Shown here: one piece after another, positions 28,276 through 38,225 of the stretch
Layout: each line of letters opens with the position of its first letter
Position numbering within the stretch: the stretch's first letter is position 1
Assembly: GCA_041742375.1 (NCBI GenBank)
Contig: JBGSIU010000044.1
Span: forward strand, 2,161 to 66,160
DNA from: Patescibacteria group bacterium
Lineage (GTDB): Bacteria > Patescibacteriota > Microgenomatia > JBGSIU01
Length of the DNA stretch: 64,000 nucleotides
Direction: 5' to 3'
Made by a program: the position numbers and the translations under genes
The notes under the pieces: model-generated
What the model was told of the DNA's origin: nothing
The model's database searches: none
What the model saw: the letters and a program-made list of their open reading frames with translations, nothing else

Positions 28276-29273
28276 AAATTCATATTCTTTTTCCATTTGT
28301 TAACGGTCCATATGGAGGTGCCAATCAATTTCTTAAATCATTACGTAAAGAACTAAAAATAAGAAATGCATATGAAAACGATCCAAAGAAAACAGAGATA
28401 ATTCTTTTTAATTCCTTCCAAAATTTATCCAAGATTTTACTTTATAAATTAATATATCCACAGAAAATTTTTATCCACCGTGTCGATGGACCGATTTCAG
28501 ATTACCGAGGGCAGGACGAAGAAATTGACAAACAAATATATCAAGTAAACGAATTAATTGCCGACGGTACCATTTTACAGTCGGATTGGAGCAAAAAAAA
28601 TAATTACGCAAAAGGGATGCGTAAAAGTAAAGATTCGGTCGTTATTTTAAACTCGTGCGATAAATCAATTTTCAATAATAGAGGATCCGTTTTCTTTGAT
28701 CGTAAAAAGAAAATAAAATTAATTGCAGTTAGTTGGTCAAATAATAAGAATAAAGGCTTTAAATATTATGAATATTTAGACAAGAATTTGGATTTTTCAA
28801 AATTTGAAATGACGTTTATCGGTAATTCGCGAGTAAAGTTTAAAAACATCAGAATTTTGCCGCCTCTAACAAGTGATGGGCTATCCCACGAATTAAAAAA
28901 TCACCACATATATGTCATTGCCTCCAAGAACGATCCGTGTTCAAATTCCCTGATTGAAGCTCTGAGTTGTGGTTTACCCGCGGTCTATTTAAAAAGCGGC
29001 GGGCATGTTGAAATTGTCAAAAATGCCGGTGTTGGGTTTGCCAATGAACATGAATTGAAACAAGCTATTAAAAAAATTGTCAATAATTATTTTATATATA
29101 AAAACAGAATACATATTTCAGATATGCAAATGGTTGCAAAAGCTTATTCTGACTTTGCAAAATATCTCGAGGGGAAAAAACAATATAAAAGTATCAGATT
29201 TGGCGAAACGATAAAAATATTTCTCGAAATTAATACTTATAAATTAAGGAAAATCATGAAAATTACTATTTAA
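28272..29273 (+). CDS. GT4-like glycosyltransferase
   Basis: GGANQF, HRVDGP, NKG, DPCSNSLIEALSCG. Confidence 0.85.
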   Translation: MKIHILFPFVNGPYGGANQFLKSLRKELKIRNAYENDPKKTEIILFNSFQNLSKILLYKLIYPQKIFIHRVDGPISDYRGQDEEIDKQIYQVNELIADGTILQSDWSKKNNYAKGMRKSKDSVVILNSCDKSIFNNRGSVFFDRKKKIKLIAVSWSNNKNKGFKYYEYLDKNLDFSKFEMTFIGNSRVKFKNIRILPPLTSDGLSHELKNHHIYVIASKNDPCSNSLIEALSCGLPAVYLKSGGHVEIVKNAGVGFANEHELKQAIKKIVNNYFIYKNRIHISDMQMVAKAYSDFAKYLEGKKQYKSIRFGETIKIFLEINTYKLRKIMKITI

Positions 29274-29279
29274 AAACAT

Positions 29280-30050
29280 ATGAAAATAGACGAAATCAAA
29301 TTTTTAAAATATAAAACAAAGGGGGCAGACTATCATTACCGTGAAATAAACAAATATAGGGTCTTTTCATTTAATGCATTTTTGTTTGCACGATACGAAA
29401 ATTTTATATATTGCATTGAAGAATATGTTTTAAAAATCAAGGACAAGGAGCGACCGCTAAAGATTTTGGATGTTGGGTGTGGTGATGCGGTGCTTTTCTA
29501 TTTGATGAAAAAGAAATTTGAAAACGTGAATTTATTATTTTACGGAACAGATTTATCGCGTGAAGCAATTTCTGTGGCAAAAAGAAAAAATGGGCAAGGT
29601 ATTTTTAAGGTTGCAAACGCTTATATGCTTCCTTTCAAATCCGAAGAATTTGATATTGTGATTTCAACCGACGTGATAGAACATGTGAATCATCCAAGAA
29701 AGATGATTTCAGAGATGTGCCGCGTATTGAAGAAAAAATGCCTCGTCGTCGTCGGAACGCCAATAAAATATACTGAAAGACCGTTGGATTCAATGCATGT
29801 ACACGAATTTTTCCCAGAAGAATTTGTTGGGTTGATGTCAAACTATTTTAGAGATTGTAAAATTATCAAAACACACGATTTAATCCCGCATTATCTATAT
29901 CTTTCAACGGTCAACATCTGGAAATATAAATTTACACTCTGGAAGTATTTTTTCAATTTATTAAATATATTTTTCGGATGGAATATTTTTTTATCGAAAA
30001 GAAAAAACATAAAGTATCCGTCGTATATGTTTGTTAAAGGATTTAAATGA
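29280..30050 (+). CDS. Class I SAM-dependent methyltransferase
   Basis: ILDVGCGD, GTDLS, LPF...FD, DVIEHV. Confidence 0.88.
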   Translation: MKIDEIKFLKYKTKGADYHYREINKYRVFSFNAFLFARYENFIYCIEEYVLKIKDKERPLKILDVGCGDAVLFYLMKKKFENVNLLFYGTDLSREAISVAKRKNGQGIFKVANAYMLPFKSEEFDIVISTDVIEHVNHPRKMISEMCRVLKKKCLVVVGTPIKYTERPLDSMHVHEFFPEEFVGLMSNYFRDCKIIKTHDLIPHYLYLSTVNIWKYKFTLWKYFFNLLNIFFGWNIFLSKRKNIKYPSYMFVKGFK

Positions 30051-31153
30051 AAAGAAAAAAAATTCTCTATATATTTGCAAAAGATAGGAGTAAATATTTG
30101 GAATCAAAGGAAGATTTTCCGAACAATCTTTTATATGGTTATGATTTTCTGAAAAAGCACGAATATAATCCCGGTATTTTAACAAAAAGAACAAGGCTCC
30201 TTCGTTATCTTGATTTGCCATTGAATTTTTTATTCAATTGTTATTTCGGAGTCGGATTTAACATTTTTTTCATTCTTTTTAATTTGAAAACAATTAAGGA
30301 ATACGATCTTGTCATATGTGTTCATGATTCGGTTGCCTTGCCGCTTCTTTTATTTAAAAAAATCGGCATTTTTAATGGAGATATCTGTGACATATCAATT
30401 GGTCTGGCACCGTTTTTAACAAATAGCATTTTTAATATAAAGGAAAAATTGATTAGAAAGTTGCTTGGCGCGGCAAAATACGTTTTTGTTTTTTCAAAAG
30501 ACGAACAGACCATAATTAAAGATTGTCTTGGTATCAAGTGCGATTTGATAAGATATGGTGTTGATACCAATTTCTTTTTCCCCAACAAAAAAAAGTTTCT
30601 CAATAGAGATAAAATAATTATCTCAAGCGGCGATGATAGTCAAAGAGACTATGAAGCATTGGTTAGAGCTTGGAAAATTATTCAGAACAAAAAAAACACA
30701 AATTTAAATCTTTTGATTGTTACCTCAAAAATTCATAAAGAAAAAATAGATAAAGAAATCATCAGTAACAAAGTTAACAATGTGACTGTAAAGCTAAGCG
30801 TTGATTACTCGTTGCCGGAAATGAGAGATTTGTACTCAAGAATGCTTCTGGGTGTTATTCCGATAAAAAGTACAAAAAGATCCGTTGGACAAATTGCCGT
30901 TCTTTCGATGCTTGCCATGGGAAAAAACGTTATAACCGGGGTAAACTCCTGGCAGAATCAGTATTGTTTAAATGAGCAGAATGGGCTATACACATACTTA
31001 ACGGAAAACTATATTGACCTGTCTGATAAAATTCTTTGTTTATTGAGGAAAAATCAAACAAAAAAACAAAAAAACAGCTTTGAAACTATCAGAAATAAAT
31101 ATTCATCAGAAATAATGGTGCGCGATATTTTAAAAAAGATACAAACATTGTAA
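30047..31153 (+). CDS. GT4-like glycosyltransferase
   Basis: YGVDTNFF, G...RDY, GQIAVLSMLAMGK (divergent C-terminal motif). Confidence 0.75.
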   Translation: MKRKKILYIFAKDRSKYLESKEDFPNNLLYGYDFLKKHEYNPGILTKRTRLLRYLDLPLNFLFNCYFGVGFNIFFILFNLKTIKEYDLVICVHDSVALPLLLFKKIGIFNGDICDISIGLAPFLTNSIFNIKEKLIRKLLGAAKYVFVFSKDEQTIIKDCLGIKCDLIRYGVDTNFFFPNKKKFLNRDKIIISSGDDSQRDYEALVRAWKIIQNKKNTNLNLLIVTSKIHKEKIDKEIISNKVNNVTVKLSVDYSLPEMRDLYSRMLLGVIPIKSTKRSVGQIAVLSMLAMGKNVITGVNSWQNQYCLNEQNGLYTYLTENYIDLSDKILCLLRKNQTKKQKNSFETIRNKYSSEIMVRDILKKIQTL

Positions 31154-31167
31154 AATAAGCAAGTTTT

Positions 31168-32016
31168 ATGAAAGAAGGAAAAATTGTTGTTTACGATTCT
31201 ATAAGTTTATATTCCCGCGGAATTCGTTATTTGATTTTCGATATGGTTTCATCGGTTTGGAAGAGCCGAGAATTGATTTATCGTTTATTTCTTCGAAACT
31301 TTGTCGTGAGATATAAGCAGTCGCTCATAAATTGGGGATGGATTTTTCTGATGCCGTTCATAACGATGTTAACTTTTTTGCTTCTTAACATTTCTGGAAT
31401 TTTAAAAATCGGAGATTTAAAAGTTCCATATCCAATTTATGGAATGCTCGGTGTTTCCCTGTGGAATCTCTTTTCAAACGGTTTGCCTAGCACTACTCTC
31501 AGCGTGGATTCTCTCGGGGGTTTAATCGGAAAGATAAATTTTCCAAAAAGTGCAATTATTTTTGCTGCCTCCGGTCAGGTTCTTGTTGATTTTTATATCA
31601 GAATGCTTGTTATCCTGCCGGTTTTTTTAATTTATATGCGGTTTCCATCTTGGTTAATAATTCTTTTTCCAATATATATCATGCCGTTAGTTTTGTTGAT
31701 GCTGGGATGCGGATTCTTTTTTGCGATTGTCCAGGTGATTTTTAAAGATACCCAACATATTATTAATCTTGGACTCTCCTTTTTTCTTTTTTTAATGCCG
31801 ATAATGTATGATATGCCAAAAAAAGGGCTTCTTGTTGTTTTGAGCAGATATAATCCGATTTATTATTTAATTTCAGTGCCGCGCGATTTAATAATTTTCG
31901 GGACGACAAATAATTTTATCCCTTATTTTTTGTCAACGCTTATTTCTTTATTTATTTTTACCATCGGATGGTTTGTTTTTTATCTCTCCGAAACCAAACT
32001 TGCCGAAAGAATATAA
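31168..32016 (+). CDS. wzm: ABC-2 polysaccharide exporter permease (Wzm/TagG-like)
   Basis: RYKQS..GW, KINFP, FKD, PIMY, NP; 6 TM; adjacent ATPase gene. Confidence 0.9.
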   Translation: MKEGKIVVYDSISLYSRGIRYLIFDMVSSVWKSRELIYRLFLRNFVVRYKQSLINWGWIFLMPFITMLTFLLLNISGILKIGDLKVPYPIYGMLGVSLWNLFSNGLPSTTLSVDSLGGLIGKINFPKSAIIFAASGQVLVDFYIRMLVILPVFLIYMRFPSWLIILFPIYIMPLVLLMLGCGFFFAIVQVIFKDTQHIINLGLSFFLFLMPIMYDMPKKGLLVVLSRYNPIYYLISVPRDLIIFGTTNNFIPYFLSTLISLFIFTIGWFVFYLSETKLAERI

Positions 32017-32021
32017 ATTCT

Positions 32022-32786
32022 ATGAATATCAACTCAGCCATTGAATTTGAAAACGTTTCCAAGAAATTTTGTATCAGATTGGAAGAACAAATGTGGTATG
32101 GGTTTTCAGATATTCTAAGAAACATTTTAAACATGCGGAAAACTAACACTTTGCGCAAGGATGAATTTTGGAGCATTAACAAAGTCAATTTTAAAATTAA
32201 AAAAGGCGAATCAGTTGGAATTGTGGGACTAAACGGATCAGGTAAGAGTACAACACTCAAAATGATCAACGGAATTTTTATGCCGGATTTGGGAAAAATT
32301 TCTATAAGAGGAAGAGTTGGAGCATTGATTGAAGTTGGCGCCGGATTTCATCCATATTTAACAGGTAAAGAAAATATCTATTTAAGCGGCGCGATCTTTG
32401 GTATGCCGAAGAAATATATCGATCAAAAATTTGATGAAATCGTTGAGTTTTCAGAAATAGAAAAATTTCTTGATATGCCTGTTAAAAACTACTCAAGCGG
32501 AATGTATGTACGACTTGGCTTTGCAGTAGCCGCGCATATGCAAACAGACATTTTGCTTATCGACGAGATTTTTGCCGTCGGTGATGTTGATTATCAGAAA
32601 AAGTGCTTAACGAAAATCCAAGAATTAAAAAATATCGGTAAAACAATCGTATTTGTAAGTCACAACGAAAAAAACTTGAAAGAAATTTGCAGCAAAGGAA
32701 TATTGCTTCATGAAGGTAAAATGGTCTATCGTGGGAATATTGACGATGTTTTGAAAAAATATAAAGAGTATAATCTAAAAAATTAA
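32022..32786 (+). CDS. wzt: ABC polysaccharide exporter ATPase (Wzt/TagH-like, no C-terminal carbohydrate-binding domain)
   Basis: GLNGSGKS Walker A, YSSGM signature, LLIDE Walker B, VSH. ATG 32022 preferred. Confidence 0.92.
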   Translation: MNINSAIEFENVSKKFCIRLEEQMWYGFSDILRNILNMRKTNTLRKDEFWSINKVNFKIKKGESVGIVGLNGSGKSTTLKMINGIFMPDLGKISIRGRVGALIEVGAGFHPYLTGKENIYLSGAIFGMPKKYIDQKFDEIVEFSEIEKFLDMPVKNYSSGMYVRLGFAVAAHMQTDILLIDEIFAVGDVDYQKKCLTKIQELKNIGKTIVFVSHNEKNLKEICSKGILLHEGKMVYRGNIDDVLKKYKEYNLKN

Positions 32787-32822
32787 CAAAAAATACAAGA
32801 CCGGCATTTATACTAATTAATT

Positions 32823-33839
32823 ATGAACATTAACGGTAAAAGCATTTTAGTGACTGGTGGAACAGGATCTTTTGGTAGAGAAGTAACTCAGGTTCTTCTC
32901 GAACAATATAAACCGAGAAAAATAGTGATATTTTCGCGGGACGAATATAAGCAATATCTTTTGAAAAATGAACTTGGGAGAAAATATGGAAAACGGCTCA
33001 GATTTTTTCTTGGAGATGTTCGCGACAAAGAAAGGTTAATGAGGGCATTTGACGGAATCGATATTGTTATTCACGCGGCGGCTTTAAAACAAGTTCCTGC
33101 GCTTGAATACAATCCGATTGAAGCGATTAAAACAAACATTAATGGGGCGATTAATGTGATCGATGTAGCAATCGAAAGGCAAGTTGAAAAAGTTATTGCT
33201 TTGTCAACCGATAAAGCTGTTCATCCAATAAGTTTATACGGTGGGACGAAGCTTGTTTCTGATAAAATGTTTATATCGGCAAGTGCTTACGCAGGAAACA
33301 AGAATATCTCGTTTTCTGTTGTCCGATACGGTAATGTAGCGGGAAGCAGAGGATCTGTTGTCCCCTTTTTTAAACATTTGATTGAACAAAAAGCAAAATT
33401 TTTTCCCATAACTGATTTTCGTATGACAAGATTTTGGTTGTCGCTTGAAAGAGCCGTGAGTTTGGTAATCGAAGCAATAAAAAACGGTCAAGGAGGGGAA
33501 GTATATGTTGCAAAATGTCCATCTTTTAAGATTATAGATTTGGCAAAAGCAATGGACAGCAAAATGGAAATAAGGGAGGTTGGCATTAGACCGGGAGAAA
33601 AACTGCACGAGGTGATGTTGACTGATGATGATGCGGCAAGAACCTACGAATATAAAAATTATTTCATCACTTATTACGCACTTGATTGGTGGAGCAAAAA
33701 GAAAATTATTCCGAAAGGCGGGAAAAAAATAAAGAATAGCTTTAATTATTCCTCCGGGACAAATAGTGTCTGGCTAGAAACTGCGGAAATAAATAAACAA
33801 TTGAAAAATGTCAAAATTGACAACCATAATAAACTGTGA
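32823..33839 (+). CDS. pseB: UDP-GlcNAc 4,6-dehydratase (inverting)
   Basis: TGGTGSFG, SRDEYKQ, HAAALKQVP, STDKA, YGGTK, RYGNVAGSRGSVVP, MTRFW, GIRPGEKLHE. Confidence 0.92.
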   Translation: MNINGKSILVTGGTGSFGREVTQVLLEQYKPRKIVIFSRDEYKQYLLKNELGRKYGKRLRFFLGDVRDKERLMRAFDGIDIVIHAAALKQVPALEYNPIEAIKTNINGAINVIDVAIERQVEKVIALSTDKAVHPISLYGGTKLVSDKMFISASAYAGNKNISFSVVRYGNVAGSRGSVVPFFKHLIEQKAKFFPITDFRMTRFWLSLERAVSLVIEAIKNGQGGEVYVAKCPSFKIIDLAKAMDSKMEIREVGIRPGEKLHEVMLTDDDAARTYEYKNYFITYYALDWWSKKKIIPKGGKKIKNSFNYSSGTNSVWLETAEINKQLKNVKIDNHNKL

Positions 33840-34978
33840 AAAATTATCCATACGGAAAACAATCAATAAGCCGTCATGATATTAAGGAAGTTGTGCGTGT
33901 TTTAAAATCAGATTTTCTAACACAGGGTTCTGAGGTGGATAATTTTGAAAAAAAACTTGCCAAAAATACCAATGCAAAATTTGCAGTTTGTTTTAATTCC
34001 GGAACCGCGGCCCTTCATGCGGCGTATTTTGCCGCAGGTATCGGCAAGAATGATGAATTCATAACATCTCCGATGACATTCGCGGCAACAGCAAATGCCG
34101 GTCTTTATCTTGGCGCGCGCCCTGTTTTTGTTGATATATTAACGAACGGGAACATTAATCCGGGTCTTATCGAAGAAAAAATAACTAAAAAAACAAAAAT
34201 AATTATTCCGGTTCATTATGGTGGGTTGCCCTGCGAAATGGTAGCTATTCAAAAAATTGCCCGAAAGCATAAACTGATTATTATCGAGGATGCTTGCCAC
34301 GCACTTGGAGCAAAATATAAAGACACAAAAGTGGGAGGTTGTGCATATTCTGACATGGCAGCTTTCAGTTTTCATCCTGTTAAACATATTACAACAGGGG
34401 AAGGCGGCGCAGTTACAACCAATAGCAAAGAGTACTATGAGAAAATGAAAATTTTCCGAACACACGGAATAACAAAAAAAACTTTCTCATCAAAAACAAG
34501 AAATGACGGAGATTGGTATTATGAAATGCAGCATCTTGGGTATAATTATCGCCTGACTGATTTTCAGGCGGCACTTGGGAGTTCTCAGCTCGAAAAACTG
34601 GATAAATATGTCAAAAAAAGAAGAGAAATTGCAATAATCTATCAAGAGAAATTTAAAAATAACAATTTTTTCGATCTTATTTCTGAAGAAAAAAATGTCA
34701 AGAATTCATTTCATCTTTTCCCGATTTTATTAAAAAATGTTTTGAGTCGAAAAATAATTTTTGAGAAGTTAAGAGAAAAAGGTATCGGGGTGCAAGTACA
34801 TTATATCCCAATATATTTTCATCCCTATTATCAAAGACTAGGATACAAAAAAGGTTTATGTCCAAGGGCGGAAGATTTTTACGAAAGAGAAATAAGTCTT
34901 CCTATGTATTTTTCACTAAGCGATAATGAAGTTGATCACGTAATTTCTATCATGCTTAAAGCTTTTAATAACATATGA
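33836..34978 (+). CDS. pseC: UDP-4-keto-6-deoxy-AltNAc aminotransferase (DegT family)
   Basis: PYGKQSI, SDFLTQG, SFHPVKHITTGEGG, LGYNYR; follows pseB. Confidence 0.88.
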   Translation: MKNYPYGKQSISRHDIKEVVRVLKSDFLTQGSEVDNFEKKLAKNTNAKFAVCFNSGTAALHAAYFAAGIGKNDEFITSPMTFAATANAGLYLGARPVFVDILTNGNINPGLIEEKITKKTKIIIPVHYGGLPCEMVAIQKIARKHKLIIIEDACHALGAKYKDTKVGGCAYSDMAAFSFHPVKHITTGEGGAVTTNSKEYYEKMKIFRTHGITKKTFSSKTRNDGDWYYEMQHLGYNYRLTDFQAALGSSQLEKLDKYVKKRREIAIIYQEKFKNNNFFDLISEEKNVKNSFHLFPILLKNVLSRKIIFEKLREKGIGVQVHYIPIYFHPYYQRLGYKKGLCPRAEDFYEREISLPMYFSLSDNEVDHVISIMLKAFNNI

Positions 34979-35982
34979 TAAGAATAGGCATTATTGGTTT
35001 TGGCTATTGGGGGCCGAATTTGGTCAGAAATTTTTCGCTTGTCGATGGTTGTTCCATCAAAATCGTGTCAGATCTGCGAAAAGACAGACTCGACCTTTTA
35101 AAAAGACAATATCCGGGTGTCGCAACTGTTAACTTGAGTGATAATGTTATAAACAATAAAAACATTGATGCGGTGGTTGTCGCGACTCCGGTTTCTTCTC
35201 ATTTTGATCTCGCGTCTGCTGCTTTGAGCCACGGCAAGCATGTTTTAATTGAAAAACCGATGGCAACATCGGTTGCGGAAGCCAAGATGTTAATTGATTT
35301 GGCGAAAAAGCAAAAGAAGATTTTAATGGTTGACCACACCTTCCTGTACGCCGGCGCGGTTCAGAAAATCAAGAGTCTAATTGATAAAAATGAGCTTGGG
35401 AATATTAACTATTTTGACTCGACGCGTATCAATTTGGGATTATTTCAAAAAGACGTCAATGTTTTATGGGATCTTGCCCCCCATGACATTTCGATTTTCA
35501 GCTATCTATTTAATAAAAATCCACTAAGTGTTCAAGCGATTGGTGTTTCACATCTGAAAAACGGCATCGAAGATGTCGCATACTTAACCCTCCGTTATCG
35601 ATCAGACCTAATTGCCCATTTTAATTGTTCCTGGTCCTCGCCAATTAAAATAAGAATGATGTTAATCGGAGGGGATAAGAAAATGATTGTTTATAATGAT
35701 ATGGAACCGACAGAAAAGGTTAAGGTTTATGATAGCGGTTATATATTGAAAACAGATGAAGACAAGAGAAAAATTTTGGTCGATTATCGCGTGGGCGACA
35801 TTTTTATCCCAAAAGTTGAAATACGAGAAGCACTGTTTGAAATGGCGAAAGATTTTATAAAATCGATAAATGCAGGGAGTGATCCGATTTCAAACGGCGC
35901 TCTCGGTTTAAAAGTTGTAAAAATATTAGAAATGTCCCAAAAATCAATAAAACAGCACGGAAGAGAAATTCCGTTTAAATAA
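34975..35982 (+). CDS. Gfo/Idh/MocA oxidoreductase (sugar C3 dehydrogenase, WbpB/GnnA-like)
   Basis: GFGYWG, EKP, DLAPHD. Confidence 0.85.
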   Translation: MIRIGIIGFGYWGPNLVRNFSLVDGCSIKIVSDLRKDRLDLLKRQYPGVATVNLSDNVINNKNIDAVVVATPVSSHFDLASAALSHGKHVLIEKPMATSVAEAKMLIDLAKKQKKILMVDHTFLYAGAVQKIKSLIDKNELGNINYFDSTRINLGLFQKDVNVLWDLAPHDISIFSYLFNKNPLSVQAIGVSHLKNGIEDVAYLTLRYRSDLIAHFNCSWSSPIKIRMMLIGGDKKMIVYNDMEPTEKVKVYDSGYILKTDEDKRKILVDYRVGDIFIPKVEIREALFEMAKDFIKSINAGSDPISNGALGLKVVKILEMSQKSIKQHGREIPFK

Positions 35983-35984
35983 TA

Positions 35985-36464
35985 ATGAAAAATGGTTCGC
36001 TTACGAGTCTTAATAATGTGTCTCTTGGAAATAATGTAAAAATATCGAAATTTGTAAATCTATACGGGTGCAAAATCGGCGATAATACAAAAATTGGCGC
36101 TTTTGTCGAAATTCAAAAAGGTGTTGTTGTCGGAAAAAACTGTAAAATTTCAAGTCATACATTTATCTGCGAAGGGGTTGAAATTAAGGATAATGTTTTC
36201 ATCGGACACAATGTTACGTTTATTAATGATAGATATCCCCGCTCAGTGAATGACATGGGATTCCTGAAAAGCGATAAGGATTGGAAACTAGAGAAAACAT
36301 TTATCAATAATAATGTTTCAATTGGTTCATCCGTTACAATTCTTTGTGGATTAACAATAAGTGAAGGATCAATGATTGGCGCGGGATCAGTTGTCACAAA
36401 AGATGTCCCACCTAAAACTTTAGTTATGGGAAATCCTGCGCGAGTTCGAAGCAAAATTAAATAA
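35985..36464 (+). CDS. Hexapeptide-repeat N-acetyltransferase (WbpD/WlbB-like)
   Basis: IGAFVEIQ, SHTFICEGV, FINDRYPR, GAGSVVTKDVP..GNPAR. Confidence 0.88.
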   Translation: MKNGSLTSLNNVSLGNNVKISKFVNLYGCKIGDNTKIGAFVEIQKGVVVGKNCKISSHTFICEGVEIKDNVFIGHNVTFINDRYPRSVNDMGFLKSDKDWKLEKTFINNNVSIGSSVTILCGLTISEGSMIGAGSVVTKDVPPKTLVMGNPARVRSKIK

Positions 36465-36470
36465 TTAATT

Positions 36471-37568
36471 ATGAAACCTATTCCTTTTGCCGATCTGAAA
36501 AGACAATATATAGATATTAAAAGCGAAGTTTTGTTGGCTATAAAAAAAGTGTGTGAGGAAACGGCTTTTTCCGGAGGTAAATTTTCCGAAAAATTTGAAA
36601 AGGAGTTTGCGAAATATTCCGACGCAAAATATTTTTCCGGACTTAATAATGGGACAAATGCCATATTTCTTGCGCTTAAAGTTTTAGGCATTGGTTCTCT
36701 TGACGAAGTTATCGTTCCCACAAGCACGTTTATTGCAACTGCATCTGCCGTAAGCTGCACGGGGGCAGTTCCTGTTTTTGTGGACTGTGATCCTGACACT
36801 TGGGAAATTGACGCGGGTAAACTGGAAAAGTCTCTAACTAAAAAAACAAAAGCCGTGATTGGCGTACATCTCTATGGCCAGCCATTCGATGTCGATGTGG
36901 TAGCAAGAATATGCCGGAAACATAAATTATACTTGGTTGAAGATTGTGCACAGGCACATGGAGCAAAATATAAAAATATAATTGTCGGAGCATTTGGCGA
37001 AATGGGTTGTTTTTCATTTTATCCGGGTAAAAATTTGGGTTGTTATGGTGAAGGCGGCGGCGTTTTAACCAATAATAAAATATATTTTGAGCACATTACT
37101 AAATTAAAAAACCATGGGAGTACTTCAAAATACTTCCATGATGAAATTGGTTACAACATGAGAATGGAGGGGATACAGGGGGCAGTTTTAAGCGTAAAAC
37201 TAAAACATCTTGATAAATGGAATGCAAGACGCAAAGAAATTGCGGAAATATACCGCAGCTTGATAAAGAACCCAAAAATAAAAATGCAGTATCGGCCAAA
37301 GTGGGCAGATTCTGTCTTCCATTTATTTGTGGTCATTACAGAAGATAGAGACGATTTGAAAAAATATCTCGAGAAGCATAATATTTTTCCGGCGATGCAT
37401 TACCCGGTTCCGTGTCATTTACAGAAAGCATATAGTTTTTTAAAATATAAAAAAGGCGATTTTCCCAACACGGAATATTTGGCTGCGCATTGTTTGTCAC
37501 TGCCAATGTATCCGGAGCTAACTGACAACGAAGTTAAAAAAATTATTAAAATCATCAATCGATATTAA
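36471..37568 (+). CDS. DegT/DnrJ/EryC1/StrS aminotransferase (WbpE/GnnB-like)
   Basis: VHLYGQ, EDCAQAHG, SFYPGKNLG. Confidence 0.9.
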   Translation: MKPIPFADLKRQYIDIKSEVLLAIKKVCEETAFSGGKFSEKFEKEFAKYSDAKYFSGLNNGTNAIFLALKVLGIGSLDEVIVPTSTFIATASAVSCTGAVPVFVDCDPDTWEIDAGKLEKSLTKKTKAVIGVHLYGQPFDVDVVARICRKHKLYLVEDCAQAHGAKYKNIIVGAFGEMGCFSFYPGKNLGCYGEGGGVLTNNKIYFEHITKLKNHGSTSKYFHDEIGYNMRMEGIQGAVLSVKLKHLDKWNARRKEIAEIYRSLIKNPKIKMQYRPKWADSVFHLFVVITEDRDDLKKYLEKHNIFPAMHYPVPCHLQKAYSFLKYKKGDFPNTEYLAAHCLSLPMYPELTDNEVKKIIKIINRY

Positions 37569-37571
37569 TAT

Positions 37572-38198
37572 ATGAAAACTAAACTGCTTATCTTTCCATA
37601 TAACGGCAATGGTTTGGAAGCCTTGGGATGCTTAGACGGAAATTACGAATTTATCGGGTTTATTGATGATGAATCAACTAAGCAGGGAAAGAAAAAAGAG
37701 GGATTCACGGTTTTTTCCCGTGAAGTACTGCAAAAATATCGAGAGGCAAAATTGCTGGCGGTTCCCGGTAGTCCGACGACATATTTAAATCGAAAAAAAG
37801 TGATTGCTAGTTTAAAAATACCCCAAACACGATTTGCCACGGTTATTCATAAAAACGCGTACATATCTCCTTTGGTAAAAATTGGGTTTAATGTTTTAAT
37901 TATGGCGGGGGTTGTTCTGACGAGCAATGCCATTATCGGGAATCATGTTTGTATTTTGCCAAACAGCGTTATCCATCATGATGTTGTGCTGGCTGATTAT
38001 ATACTTGTGGGATCACAGGTGGTCATTGCCGGATATGTAAAAATACACGATAATTGTTATATTGGCAGTCAAAGTTCTCTTATCAATCAGATAGAGATTG
38101 GTAAAAATTCTCTTGTTGGAATTGGATCGAACGTTATCAAATCTTTTCCTCCTAATTCAAGAATTGTTGGGAATCCTGCCCGATTAATAAATAATTAA
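37572..38198 (+). CDS. NeuD/PglD-family sugar acetyltransferase
   Basis: GFIDD, ATVIH, IHHD, hexapeptide repeats, GNPAR. Confidence 0.85.
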   Translation: MKTKLLIFPYNGNGLEALGCLDGNYEFIGFIDDESTKQGKKKEGFTVFSREVLQKYREAKLLAVPGSPTTYLNRKKVIASLKIPQTRFATVIHKNAYISPLVKIGFNVLIMAGVVLTSNAIIGNHVCILPNSVIHHDVVLADYILVGSQVVIAGYVKIHDNCYIGSQSSLINQIEIGKNSLVGIGSNVIKSFPPNSRIVGNPARLINN

Positions 38199-38222
38199 GA
38201 TCCCCGCTTTCGCGGGGACAAG
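38198..38222. repeat. REP-like GC-rich palindrome (intergenic)
   Basis: AGA-TCCCCGC-TTTC-GCGGGGA-CAAG; its reverse complement aligns with the 858-883 element. Confidence 0.7.
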
Positions 38223-38225
38223 CTT

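Noticed and set aside
31968-32021. ORF-track upstream starts (31968, 5391, 23156, 42760, 46610, 57789, 61802, 8430)
   Set aside because: Downstream ATGs fit the family N-termini and the overlap pattern better.
38198-38222. Hairpin as a rho-independent terminator
   Set aside because: No U-tract follows on the + strand, it ends a few nt before the next ATG in a co-directional run, and it matches the REP-like element at 858.
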